Source of the DNA: Actinomycetota bacterium
GTDB lineage: Bacteria; Actinomycetota; Acidimicrobiia; IMCC26256; PALSA-555
Reading direction: 5' to 3'
DNA length: 64,000 bases
NCBI GenBank assembly: GCA_016870355.1
Contig: VGBR01000003.1
Span: forward strand, 4,653-68,652
Shown here: piece by piece, positions 39,551-48,689 of the stretch
Position numbering within the stretch: the stretch's first letter is position 1
Layout: each line of letters opens with the position of its first letter
Notes under the pieces: model-generated
What the model was told of the DNA's origin: nothing
The model's database searches: none
Seen by the model: only the letters and a program-made list of their open reading frames with translations
Made by a program: the position numbers and the translations under genes

Positions 39551-40453
39551 ATGGCCGCAAGCACTCCGACCAAGGGTCGGGTCACCGCGCCCGCGGTGGC
39601 TGCCCACACGTCGACCGACAGCCCCCTCGTCATGGTCACCGCGTACGACGCGCCGACCGCCCGGATCGCCGACGCTGCTGGCGTCGACATGATCCTCGTG
39701 GGCGACTCGGTCGCCAACGTGGTGCTCGGCTACGAGGACACGCTCCGGGTGACCACCGAGGACATCGCGCACCACGTAGGCGCGGTGGCTCGCACCGAGC
39801 CCCGAGCGCTGGTGGTCGGTGACCTCCCGTGGCTCAGCTACCACGTCTCGACCTCCGAGACCGTGCACAACGCCGCGAAGCTCGTGCGCGCCGGCGCCGG
39901 TGCCGTGAAGCTCGAGGGGGGCCGCAAGCGCCTCGAAGCCGTGCAGGCGATCCTCGACGCCGAGATCCCTGTCATGGGTCACCTCGGCCTGACCCCGCAG
40001 TCGGTGCACGCCCTCGGCGGGTTCCGGGTGCAGGGCAAGGACCTCGACACGGCCCGGGCGATCGTCGACGACGCCGAGGCGCTGGCCGCGGCTGGGTGCT
40101 TCGCCGTCGTGCTCGAATGCGTCCCCGACGCCGTCGCTCGTCTGGTCACCGACACGATCGCAGTGCCGACCATCGGGATCGGCGCGGGCCGGCACTGCGA
40201 CGGCCAGGTGCTCGTGATGCACGACCTGCTCGGGCTCGAGGACCGCAAGCCGCCGAAGTTCGTGCGGCGCTACGCCGATCTGGCGAACGACGCGATCGCG
40301 GCGGTCAGCCACTTCGCGGACGACGTGCGCAACGGTCGGTTCCCGTCGAGCGACGAGACGTACCACGCCGCCGACACGGTGAGTGAGTCGCTGAACCTCT
40401 ACACCGGTGAAGCGGCCGAGGACACCCCGAGCGAGCGCGCGCCTGCTACGTAG
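39551..40453 (+). CDS. panB: 3-methyl-2-oxobutanoate hydroxymethyltransferase
   Basis: Contains LVMVTAYDAPTARIADAAGVDMILVGDSVANVVLGYEDT and GAVKLEGG. ATG 39551 with GGAGG 7 nt upstream; the track ORF is over-extended. Confidence 0.93.
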   Translation: MAASTPTKGRVTAPAVAAHTSTDSPLVMVTAYDAPTARIADAAGVDMILVGDSVANVVLGYEDTLRVTTEDIAHHVGAVARTEPRALVVGDLPWLSYHVSTSETVHNAAKLVRAGAGAVKLEGGRKRLEAVQAILDAEIPVMGHLGLTPQSVHALGGFRVQGKDLDTARAIVDDAEALAAAGCFAVVLECVPDAVARLVTDTIAVPTIGIGAGRHCDGQVLVMHDLLGLEDRKPPKFVRRYADLANDAIAAVSHFADDVRNGRFPSSDETYHAADTVSESLNLYTGEAAEDTPSERAPAT

Positions 40454-40979
40454 ACCGGTCGACCGCGTCATCATCTTCGGGATGGTGGCGCTCAATGTGG
40501 CGGTGTTCGCCGCGGTTGCGATCCTCGCAGGCGGTGGTGACCCTTCGCCCGGTTCGCCCGCGGCGCGATTGGCCGACGCGGTCGTGAACGCTGCCCCCGC
40601 GGACGATCCCTTCTCCGAACTCACCGAGACGCGCCTGAAGATCGGGAAGTCACGCGTCAACGCCGTCGTCACTGACGAGCCGGGCGAGCGGAGCCAGGGG
40701 ATGCGGGAGCGGGAGACGATGGGCGACTACGACGTGATGCTCTTCGCGTACACGGAGCCGACGACGACCTCGTTCACGATGTCGACGGTTCCGGTTGCGC
40801 TCGACATCAGCTGGTACGACGCCGACGGGCGCCTCGTGTCGCGCACCCGAATGGAGCCGTGCGCGGGCACCGAAGACGAGTGCCTGCTGTACGCCGCTGT
40901 AGGCCCGTTCCAGTACGCCGTCGAGGCCCTGGCAGGTGAGCTTCCCCGTGGCCGCCTTCGGGCTCCCCGACTGGAGTAG
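40407..40979 (+). CDS. DUF192-family protein with an N-terminal signal anchor
   Basis: Contains SQGMRERETMGDYDVMLFAY...VPVALDISWYDADGRLV. Start is either GTG 40407 (47-nt overlap with panB) or ATG 40482. Confidence 0.65.
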   Translation: MKRPRTPRASARLLRRPVDRVIIFGMVALNVAVFAAVAILAGGGDPSPGSPAARLADAVVNAAPADDPFSELTETRLKIGKSRVNAVVTDEPGERSQGMRERETMGDYDVMLFAYTEPTTTSFTMSTVPVALDISWYDADGRLVSRTRMEPCAGTEDECLLYAAVGPFQYAVEALAGELPRGRLRAPRLE

Positions 40980-41171
40980 CTGAAGTGGATGTCACACCCC
41001 GTTCGTACGCTCGTCTTCATGGATCCGCGTCGAACTCCACCCCATTGGGAGCCCGAGGCCGCCGCTGGTAGCCTCGTTCGCTCGATCACACCATCTGCTC
41101 CTCCGCGCGGCATCGTCCACGACGAGGGGAGCCCGCCGGCCCGGCCGGCGGTCCAAAGGAGGAACGGCTGA

Positions 41172-41495
41172 ATGCGGCCGTACGAAGTCATGGTCATCTT
41201 CGACGCGGACACCGAGCCCGACGAGATCCGGGCCGCGGTCGACCGCCACGCGAAGTCGCTCAAGGACAAGGGTGTTGAGGTCGGCACCATTGACCATTGG
41301 GGCAAGCGGCGCTTCGCGTACCGGCTGAAGCACCGCTGGGAGGGCTACTACGTCGTCCTCCAGGCGCGTGCCGAACCCGATGCGATGGACGAGCTCGGCC
41401 GCGTGCTGTCGCTGGCCGACGAGGTGCTCCGCCACAAGATCCTGCGAATCCCCGAGTCGGTGTACGGCAAGGCCGCCACCGTCAAGGGCTCGTAA
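41172..41495 (+). CDS. rpsF: 30S ribosomal protein S6
   Basis: Reads MRPYEVMVIFDADTEPDEI...HWGKRRFAYRLKHRWEGYYVV. AAAGGAGG SD. Confidence 0.95.
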   Translation: MRPYEVMVIFDADTEPDEIRAAVDRHAKSLKDKGVEVGTIDHWGKRRFAYRLKHRWEGYYVVLQARAEPDAMDELGRVLSLADEVLRHKILRIPESVYGKAATVKGS

Positions 41496-41524
41496 CGGCT
41501 GAACGAAGAGGAAGAAGGTCCGAG

Positions 41525-42007
41525 ATGGCCGACAACACCGTCACCGTCGTCGGGAACGTCACCCGCGACCCTGAGATGCGCTACACGGCAGGGGGCGCGG
41601 CGAACTGCACCTTCGGCATCGCCGTCAATCGGCGCTGGATGAATCGCCAGACCAACGAGTGGGAGGAGCGCACCAGCTTCTTCAACGTCGTGTGCTGGCG
41701 TGAGATGGCCGAGAACGTGTCGGAGTCGCTCGGCAAGGGCGCCCGCGTCGTGGTGACCGGTCGCCTCGAGCAGCGCTCGTGGGAGACCGAGAACGGTGAG
41801 AAGCGCAGCGTCATCGAGATCGCGGCCGACGAGGTGGGCCCGAGCCTGCGCTGGGCCAAGTGCACGGTGGAGAAGAACGAGCGCCGCGGTCCTGGCGGTG
41901 GCGGTCCCGGCGGTGGCGGTCCCGGCGGTGGTGGGGGCGGAGGCGGTGGCGAGCCGGCGCGCACGCCCTCGGCGCCGCCCGACGAGTTCGGCGAGGAGCC
42001 TTTCTGA
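41525..42007 (+). CDS. ssb: single-stranded DNA-binding protein
   Basis: OB fold [35 protein letters not shown], a Gly-rich linker and the acidic tip DEFGEEPF. Confidence 0.95.
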   Translation: MADNTVTVVGNVTRDPEMRYTAGGAANCTFGIAVNRRWMNRQTNEWEERTSFFNVVCWREMAENVSESLGKGARVVVTGRLEQRSWETENGEKRSVIEIAADEVGPSLRWAKCTVEKNERRGPGGGGPGGGGPGGGGGGGGGEPARTPSAPPDEFGEEPF

Positions 42008-42009
42008 CC

Positions 42010-42522
42010 ATGGCCCGACCGAGAACCCGTACGAAGCGAGAGGACCGCGACCGGCGGCCCAAGAAGAAGGTGTCGATCCTCGACCAGGAGTCGGTCGAAT
42101 GGATCGACTACAAGGACGTCAACTTGCTGCGCCGGTTCATGTCGGAGCGCGCCAAGATCCGCGCCCGCCGCGTCACCGGCAACGACGCGCAGCAGCAACG
42201 CGCCGTCGCACGGGCGATTCGCATCGCGCGCGAGATGGCGCTGCTGCCGTACTCGGTACGGCAGGTGACGCACCGGTCCAAGGGCAAGCGCGGGGACCGC
42301 GACGGCGGCGTCTTGCGCGACTTCCCGCGTGATCCGAGGCCCGACACCACCGAAGGCGTCGACCTCGGTGGCGAGAGCGCGGAAGGCATGCCGTCAACCG
42401 ACGTGATGACCGACGACGACGTGCTGCTCGAGTCGGCACCGGAGGCTCCGCCGGTCGATGACGCGACGGACGACGCACCCGTGGCCGTCGAGGAAGGCGC
42501 GGATGCCGAGGAGACGTCGTGA
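42010..42522 (+). CDS. rpsR: 30S ribosomal protein S18 with a ~85-aa acidic C-terminal extension
   Basis: The core [50 protein letters not shown] is followed by a long D/E/P-rich tail. The stop overlaps the rplI GTG (GTGA). Confidence 0.9.
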   Translation: MARPRTRTKREDRDRRPKKKVSILDQESVEWIDYKDVNLLRRFMSERAKIRARRVTGNDAQQQRAVARAIRIAREMALLPYSVRQVTHRSKGKRGDRDGGVLRDFPRDPRPDTTEGVDLGGESAEGMPSTDVMTDDDVLLESAPEAPPVDDATDDAPVAVEEGADAEETS

Positions 42523-42965
42523 AGATCGTCCTCCGCGAAGACGTCGACAACCTCGGACGCAAGGGCGACCTCGTCGAGGTGGCCGATGGGTACGCGCGGA
42601 ACTTCCTGGTGCCACGCGGGCTCGCGTTGAGGGCGTCGAAGGGCATCGTCAAGCAGGCTGACGCGATGAAGCGCAGCCGCGAAGCGCGCGACGTGCGCGA
42701 TCGCGGTGCGGCCGAGGAGCTCGCATCTCGCCTCCAGAGCGTGAAGATCGAGATCGGCGCGCGCGCAGGCGAGGGCGGCAAGCTCTTCGGGTCGGTCACG
42801 TCGAGTGACATCGCCGACGCGGTGTTCGCGCAAAGCGGGATCGAGCTCGACCGCCGCAAGATCGAGCTTGCCGAGCCTTTGAAGGAGCTCGGCGCGGCGG
42901 AGGTTCCCGTGCGCCTGCACCCGGAAGTCGCGGCGACGATCCAGGTCGAGGTGGTCGCCGGATAG
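42519..42965 (+). CDS. rplI: 50S ribosomal protein L9
   Basis: Reads [36 protein letters not shown]. Confidence 0.95.
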   Translation: MKIVLREDVDNLGRKGDLVEVADGYARNFLVPRGLALRASKGIVKQADAMKRSREARDVRDRGAAEELASRLQSVKIEIGARAGEGGKLFGSVTSSDIADAVFAQSGIELDRRKIELAEPLKELGAAEVPVRLHPEVAATIQVEVVAG

Positions 42966-42972
42966 CGCGATC

Positions 42973-42993
42973 CCGCAGGTCAGCGACCTGCGG
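42973..42993 (+). terminator. perfect 9-bp hairpin just after rplI
   Basis: CCGCAGGTC-agc-GACCTGCGG, 8 nt after the rplI TAG. No U-tract. Confidence 0.35.
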
Positions 42994-43181
42994 AGGCCTG
43001 TCACACCCTCCGGTGACCATGTCTGCATGGTCTCGGTTCTCCACACCCCTGGGGATGAGCAAGCCCTTATTCCACAAGGAAATCGCTCTATCGATCCCCA
43101 GGCTCCACCGCGGATACTCCGCGTCCGCGCCGACCGGCGTGGCTCCCGGCGGGCGTCACCGGACGATGGGGAGGGCACGCG

Positions 43182-45839
43182 GTGGTACAGGCGATAGATC
43201 CCGCGGCACGCCGCGGGCCCGGTCGCGTCCCGCCCCACAACCTCGAGGCCGAGGAGTCGCTCCTCGGCGCCATGCTCCTGTCGCGCGATGCGATCTCCGC
43301 GGCCACCGAAGCGCATGTCGACGCGAGCGACTTCTACAAGCCGGCTCACACCCACGTCTTCGAAGCGATCATGTCGCTCTACGGGCAGGGCGAACCGGTC
43401 GATCCCGTCACGGTTGCCGACGAGCTGCGCCGCGCCGACCTGCTCGACGCGCTCGGTGGGCGCAACACGCTGCTTCGGCTGCAGACCGGCACCCCTGCAT
43501 CGGCCAATGCGAGCCACTACGCGACGATCGTCAACGAGCTCGCACTGCTGCGGCGACTCATCGCAGTGGCGGGCGACATCGCCGAGATGGGCTACGACGA
43601 CTCCGGCGAGGTCGCAGAGACGCTCGACCGCGCCGAGTCACTCGTCTTCGAGGTCGCGGAGCGCCGCGTGTCGGACTCGATGGTCGGCGTCTCGGTTGCG
43701 TTGCAAGACACACTCGACCAGCTCGAGGCGCTCTACGGCAGCGACGGCGAGATCACCGGCGTCCAGACGGGTTACACCGACCTCGACGAGCTCTTGTTGG
43801 GCCTGCAGCCGTCGAACCTGATCGTCGTTGCGGCAAGACCTGGATCCGGGAAGAGCGCGTTCGCGCTTGGCGCGGCGGCCAACGTCGCGATGCAAGCGCG
43901 TCGACCCGTCATGTTCTTCTCGATGGAGATGGGTGTGCTCGAGCTCACCAAGCGTCTGCTCGCGGGCGAAGCGCGCGTCGACGCGCGGCGGCTCCAGACC
44001 GGCAACATCCCCGAGGCGGACTGGGGCCGGCTCGCGCACGCGGTCGGCCGTCTGGGCGAGACGCCGCTCTACATCGATGACAACCCGCACTGCACGGTCA
44101 TGGAGATGCGCGCCAAGGCGCGTCGAGCGAAGGCGCGGCACGGCGACCTCGGACTCATCGTCGTCGACTACCTCCAACTCATGACTCCGAGCACGAGCAA
44201 GCGCATGGAGAACCGTCAGGTCGAGGTCGCGGAGATCTCACGCGGCTTGAAGATCCTCGCCCGCGAGCTCGACACACCTGTGATGGCGCTGTCGCAGCTC
44301 AACCGCCAGCTCGAGTACCGCCAAGACAAGCGCCCGATGCTCGCCGACCTTCGCGAATCCGGATGCATGCCGGCGAGCACGCGTCTCATGCGCGCTGACA
44401 CAGGGACAGAGGTCACGCTCGGAGAGCTGGTACTGAGTCAGGAACAACCACTCGTGTGGTCGCTAGACGAGCACTGGCGCATGGTCCCTAGGCGGCTGGT
44501 CCGGGCGTTTCCCTCGGGCATCAAGCCCGTCTTCCGCCTGCGCCTTCGCTCTGGCTACGAGGTCGAGGCCTCAGGCAATCACCCGTTCCGCACGATTGAC
44601 GGGTGGCGTCGGCTTGACGAGCTGAACGCGGGCGAGGCGATCGCCGTGCCACGCAGGGTGCCCGAGCCGCAGTCCCCGAACGCGAGCTGGGAGGACGACG
44701 AGCTGATTCTCTTGGCGCACCTGCTCGGTGATGGAACGATCGGCGCAACGTCAGTCAAGTACGCGACCGCCGATCCAGCGAACAAAGAGATCGTCGAAGC
44801 AGCAGCGCGTCGCTTGTTCAACATCGAGGTGAGCGGAAAGAAGCAGGGAAATACGTGGCAGCTCTGGTTCCCGAGCCCGTACCGGCTGACGCACGGTCGC
44901 TATCACCCGGTCCGAGGTTGGCTCGAGCCCCTCGGGCTGTGGGGTTCCCGCTCTCACAACAAGTTCGTGCCTGAAGAGGTGTTTCAACAGCCGAACGACA
45001 AGATCGCGCTCTTCTTGCGCCACCTTTGGGCAACCGACGGTTCGATCACTCTAAGTCGCAATCGCCGTGGGCGGATCGTGAACATCTACTACGCGACGAC
45101 GAGCCGACGTTTGGCCGACGACGTTCGTCGATTGCTGCTTCGAATGGACATCCGCAGCCGTGTCTATCGGGCACGGAAGGCTGGATACCGGGATTCGTGG
45201 CATGTGCATGTCCAAGCCAAGGACAACAGCGAGCGCTTCCTCATGATTGTCGGGTGTCACGGCGAACGCGGCGACCGGGTACCCCTCGCGCTTGAGCGGC
45301 TCGCAACGATCAAGCCAAACCCCAACACAGATCTGATTCCGTGGAAGGTCGCGCTGCGCGTGAAGAAGGCTCTCGAGGCGGCAGGTATCGGGCACCGTCA
45401 GATCGCGGCGGCCCTTGGTGAGCGCTATTGCGGTTCCTACCTCTTGGGATCTGCGGAAAGGCCGCGGAGGTTCTCGCGCGGCCGGCTACAGATCATCGCT
45501 ACGGAAACGCGCAGTGAAGAACTGCACGACCTGGCCACCTCAGATGTCTACTGGGATGAGGTTCTAGAGATTGCACCGCTCGGCGAGATGCCTACATTCG
45601 ATGCGACGGTCGAAGACACACACAACTTCATCGCGAATGGAGTCGTGGCACATAACTCGCTCGAGCAAGATAGTGACGTCGTGATTTTTCTCTATAGAGA
45701 TGAGATCTACAACCCGGAGTCGGAACAGCGCGGCACCGCGGAAGTCATCGTGTCGAAGCACCGAAACGGTCCGACCGGCATGACGCGTCTCGCGTTCTTG
45801 GCCCACTTCGTGAAGTTCGCCAACATGGCGCGGGAGTGA
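43182..45839 (+). CDS. dnaB: replicative DNA helicase DnaB (intein-containing precursor)
   Basis: Contains PPHNLEAEESLLGAML, Walker A ARPGSGKSAF and DLRESG|C...HN|SLEQDSDVV. The exteins total 454 aa. Confidence 0.95.
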   Translation: MVQAIDPAARRGPGRVPPHNLEAEESLLGAMLLSRDAISAATEAHVDASDFYKPAHTHVFEAIMSLYGQGEPVDPVTVADELRRADLLDALGGRNTLLRLQTGTPASANASHYATIVNELALLRRLIAVAGDIAEMGYDDSGEVAETLDRAESLVFEVAERRVSDSMVGVSVALQDTLDQLEALYGSDGEITGVQTGYTDLDELLLGLQPSNLIVVAARPGSGKSAFALGAAANVAMQARRPVMFFSMEMGVLELTKRLLAGEARVDARRLQTGNIPEADWGRLAHAVGRLGETPLYIDDNPHCTVMEMRAKARRAKARHGDLGLIVVDYLQLMTPSTSKRMENRQVEVAEISRGLKILARELDTPVMALSQLNRQLEYRQDKRPMLADLRESGCMPASTRLMRADTGTEVTLGELVLSQEQPLVWSLDEHWRMVPRRLVRAFPSGIKPVFRLRLRSGYEVEASGNHPFRTIDGWRRLDELNAGEAIAVPRRVPEPQSPNASWEDDELILLAHLLGDGTIGATSVKYATADPANKEIVEAAARRLFNIEVSGKKQGNTWQLWFPSPYRLTHGRYHPVRGWLEPLGLWGSRSHNKFVPEEVFQQPNDKIALFLRHLWATDGSITLSRNRRGRIVNIYYATTSRRLADDVRRLLLRMDIRSRVYRARKAGYRDSWHVHVQAKDNSERFLMIVGCHGERGDRVPLALERLATIKPNPNTDLIPWKVALRVKKALEAAGIGHRQIAAALGERYCGSYLLGSAERPRRFSRGRLQIIATETRSEELHDLATSDVYWDEVLEIAPLGEMPTFDATVEDTHNFIANGVVAHNSLEQDSDVVIFLYRDEIYNPESEQRGTAEVIVSKHRNGPTGMTRLAFLAHFVKFANMARE
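44364..45656 (+). mobile_element. DnaB intein (431 aa) with a LAGLIDADG homing-endonuclease domain
   Basis: Starts with Cys right after RESG and ends VVAHN, followed by Ser. Block B is GNHPF. LAGLIDADG motifs are LLAHLLGDGTI and LFLRHLWATDGSI. Visibly lower GC than the flanking extein DNA. Confidence 0.9.
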
Positions 45840-46459
45840 CCGACCTCGTCCGAGGTGACGACGGGGCGAAGCGCTGCCGTTGGGGTGCCGACCCTCCGGA
45901 CTACCGGGCGTATCACGACGACGAGTGGGGTCGACCGGTCACCGACGGAGTGCGCATCCTCGAGAAGTTGTGCCTCGAAGGCTTCCAGTCGGGGCTTTCG
46001 TGGCTCACGATCCTGCGCAAGCGCGAAGGATTCCGCCGCGCCTTCGCCGGCTTCGATCCAGTGAAGGTCTCACGCTTCGACGAGCGTGATGTAGAGCGGC
46101 TGCTCGGGGATGCCGGCATCGTCAGGCACCGAGGCAAGGTCGAAGCGGCGATCGCGAACGCGCGAGCCGTCGTCGAGCTCCAAGCGTCAGGCGGTTCGCT
46201 CGCCAAGCTGTTCTGGTCGCATGCACCACGCGGTCGTCGCAAGGCTCCCCGCACATTCGCCGACGTCCTGGCCAAGACGCCGGAGTCGACGACACTGTCC
46301 AAGGAGCTCAAGGCACACGGGTTCCGATTCGTCGGACCAACCACCGCATATGCGGCGATGCAGTCGCTCGGGGTCGTGAACGACCACCTCGTCGGATGCG
46401 CTGCTCGCGACGCATGCGAGCAGCACCGCAAGGCGGTCCTGACGAGCTATGTGAGGTAG
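45836..46459 (+). CDS. tag: DNA-3-methyladenine glycosylase I
   Basis: Contains RCRWG...YHDDEWGRPV...LCLEGFQSGLSWLTILRKREGFRRAF. The GTG overlaps the dnaB TGA. Confidence 0.9.
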   Translation: MTDLVRGDDGAKRCRWGADPPDYRAYHDDEWGRPVTDGVRILEKLCLEGFQSGLSWLTILRKREGFRRAFAGFDPVKVSRFDERDVERLLGDAGIVRHRGKVEAAIANARAVVELQASGGSLAKLFWSHAPRGRRKAPRTFADVLAKTPESTTLSKELKAHGFRFVGPTTAYAAMQSLGVVNDHLVGCAARDACEQHRKAVLTSYVR

Positions 46460-47577
46460 CGCTCGATGTAGGGCGCGAACCGCTCGCGCAGCTCACTGGC
46501 GTCGAGTCCGAGATCCTCGAATGAGTACGTGTGCGGACCGTGCTCGCCGTGCGGATGCTCGTCGAGATAGCTCGTCATGGCCGCCGCGGCCGCCGGCGAG
46601 AGGTCTTCGCCGCTGTGCGCGTAGATCGATCGGACGACGGCCAGGGGGTCAGCGACGAGGTCCTCGTACCCCACATCGACGAACATCGAATCGTCATGGT
46701 GGTCACGCCACTGCATCACTCGCTCGACGCACTCGACGGCAACCGTCGTCCAGCGGTCGTTGATGTAGCTCCCGTGGTCGGCATCGCTGAACGTGCCTGA
46801 CAGTGATCGCACGAGGCTGCATAGCGATGCAACCACCGTGACCGGGTCTCGGTGGGTCATCACCAGTCGAGCGTCTCCGTACTGCGCGGTCAGCGCGTCC
46901 AGCGCGAGGCAGTGATGCGGTGTCTTGAGCGCCCAGCGCCCGGGTGCGTTCGACTGCAGGAGCTGGAGCGCGCCGTGGTGGTACTCGTACGCGGACGTCT
47001 GGTCGCACGTCAGCAGCCATTCCCCGTACGACGGGACGTTGGCGACCGTCTCCCACAGAAGACTCTTGAAGTCCTGCGCGAGCAGCGTCACGCACTCGGT
47101 CGGGCCGTCGGGCGCCTCGTAGTGGATGGCGCGGAAACCCGGGTTCAGCTCGTCGAGCATGCCAGCGTCGGCACGTGCCGCTTCGACCCGCGGATCGGAG
47201 TCGAACGCCGCGCCATCCGGTGGCGGGACCGAGTCGAGTGCCTCCCATCGCGTGAGCGAGCGGGTGGCCGGATCCCGGTGGAGGAGCTCGTGCAGGAGCG
47301 TCGTGCCGGTCCGCGGCAGCCCGAGCACGATCAGCGGGCGCTCGACCTGCTGGGCCGCGACCTCGGGATGCGCCTTCCGCCAATCCACGACGCGGAGCCG
47401 GTTGACGAGGCACCGCGTGACCTGCGACTCCAGGGCGAGGGCGCCAACCTCGGAGAGCTGGGCCTCGCCCTCGAGCGAGTCGACGAGCACAGCCAGGCCT
47501 TCGCGGAACCCGTCGGGGCCGAAGTCTCCCAATCCGGCCTGCTCAGCGGCCCGTGTCAGTAGGCCGTCGGCATCCAC
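46447..47577 (-). CDS. sulfotransferase-family protein
   Basis: 5'-PSB-like LGLPRTGTTLLHELL. 376 aa. Convergent with tag, 13-nt overlap. Confidence 0.75.
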   Translation of the reverse strand: MDADGLLTRAAEQAGLGDFGPDGFREGLAVLVDSLEGEAQLSEVGALALESQVTRCLVNRLRVVDWRKAHPEVAAQQVERPLIVLGLPRTGTTLLHELLHRDPATRSLTRWEALDSVPPPDGAAFDSDPRVEAARADAGMLDELNPGFRAIHYEAPDGPTECVTLLAQDFKSLLWETVANVPSYGEWLLTCDQTSAYEYHHGALQLLQSNAPGRWALKTPHHCLALDALTAQYGDARLVMTHRDPVTVVASLCSLVRSLSGTFSDADHGSYINDRWTTVAVECVERVMQWRDHHDDSMFVDVGYEDLVADPLAVVRSIYAHSGEDLSPAAAAAMTSYLDEHPHGEHGPHTYSFEDLGLDASELRERFAPYIERYLT

Positions 47578-47709
47578 GAAATCATCCTCGCAGCGGTCAC
47601 CTTCTGGCGCCGGGGCAGGTCAAAGAGCCGACCATCCACACCTCCGCCGAAGAGCGCCTTTACGCTTCTCAGCGGCCCTCGCAGGAGGGACAACAAGAAG
47701 GGGGAACCC

Positions 47710-47886
47710 GTGGGCATCGAGGCCATGGGCAACAGCGTTGAGTTCATCTTCTACGCCATCGGCGTCGTCGCGTTCGCGATGGCCGCGATCGGTCTTGCGC
47801 TTCACGAGAAGGTTTCAAACCTCGTGGCGCTTGGCCTGCTCGCCGTCACGATCCCGGCGTTCTGGCTCCGTCTCGCCGGTCTGTAG
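47710..47886 (+). CDS. small hypothetical two-TM protein (58 aa)
   Basis: Below the track cutoff. GTG 47710 with AAGGGGGA about 5 nt upstream. Reads VGIEAMGNSVEFIFYAIGVVAFAMAAIGLALHEKVSNLVALGLLAVTIPAFWLRLAGL*. Confidence 0.4.
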   Translation: MGIEAMGNSVEFIFYAIGVVAFAMAAIGLALHEKVSNLVALGLLAVTIPAFWLRLAGL

Positions 47887-47902
47887 AAGACGTTCGTTGG
47901 GC

Positions 47903-47930
47903 GTCGGGGGGCGGGCAACCGCCCCCCGAC
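47903..47930. terminator. perfect 12-bp GC hairpin with a GCAA loop between convergent genes
   Basis: GTCGGGGGGCGG-gcaa-CCGCCCCCCGAC. Lies between the 47710 ORF (+) and nucS (-). Confidence 0.6.
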
Positions 47931-47933
47931 CGC

Positions 47934-48596
47934 TCACTCGAACAACCTGAGACCGTCCGGGGCTCCGCCCCGAAGAGTCTCCAGATCCACTTCCACGCAC
48001 ACGACGCCCCGGCTCTCCGCGAACACGCGGGCCTGCGGCTTGATCCTCGTGGCCACGAACATCCCGATCGTCGGCGCCAGCATGCCGTCGCGGTCGAGCC
48101 GCTCCTGGTAGCGGAGCAGCTGCTCGACGCCGGCGATCTCGCCGATCCGCTTCACCTCCACCACGACCGCACGCCCCTCGCCGTCGCGGCACAGCAGATC
48201 GACCGGTCCCAGATCGGTCGGGTACTCACGCCGGACGAGCTTGAGGTCCTCGCGTAGCGCCGCGACCCGAGCGGCCAGCAGCTCCTGGAGCTCGGTCTCC
48301 ACACCGTCCTTGGCGAGACCGGGATCGTCACCCAGCTCGAAACGCTCGTCGAAGAGCACCTCGTGCAGTTCGATCGTCAGGACCTCACCCTTTGGGTTGG
48401 CGACGGTGATGACCTCGCCGGACTCGGTGATCGTGCAGGGCGGGTTCATCCAGTTGAGTGGCTTGTACGCCTTGCTGTCGGCGTGGATCGCGATCGACCC
48501 GTCGGCCTTGAACACGAGGAGACGCCGAGCCCGGGGCAGCCGCGCTCCGAGTCGGCCGTCGTACTCGACCGAACACTCGGCCACCACGAGACGCAC
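47934..48596 (-). CDS. nucS: endonuclease NucS/EndoMS
   Basis: Reads VRLVVAECSVEYDGRLGARLP...LVFKADGSIAIHAD...VVEVKR. Start reset to GTG 48596. Confidence 0.92.
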   Translation of the reverse strand: MRLVVAECSVEYDGRLGARLPRARRLLVFKADGSIAIHADSKAYKPLNWMNPPCTITESGEVITVANPKGEVLTIELHEVLFDERFELGDDPGLAKDGVETELQELLAARVAALREDLKLVRREYPTDLGPVDLLCRDGEGRAVVVEVKRIGEIAGVEQLLRYQERLDRDGMLAPTIGMFVATRIKPQARVFAESRGVVCVEVDLETLRGGAPDGLRLFE

Positions 48597-48689
48597 GGAC
48601 ACGTCGTACCACGGCCCTGGCTTCCGGCGCCGCACGGCGACCGGGTCCTACGACGCCGCGTCGAGTCATCCGCACGATGAGGAGGAGCC

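Noticed and set aside
41880-41960. Tandem GGCGGTGGCGGTCCC repeats (also the ACG/ACC-rich repeats at 49555-49640 and the 24-nt repeat in gyrB), considered as CRISPR or VNTR
   Set aside because: They are in-frame coding low complexity: the SSB Gly-rich linker, the Thr-rich linker of the Fn3 protein, and the GyrB tail. There is no repeat-spacer architecture and no cas genes.
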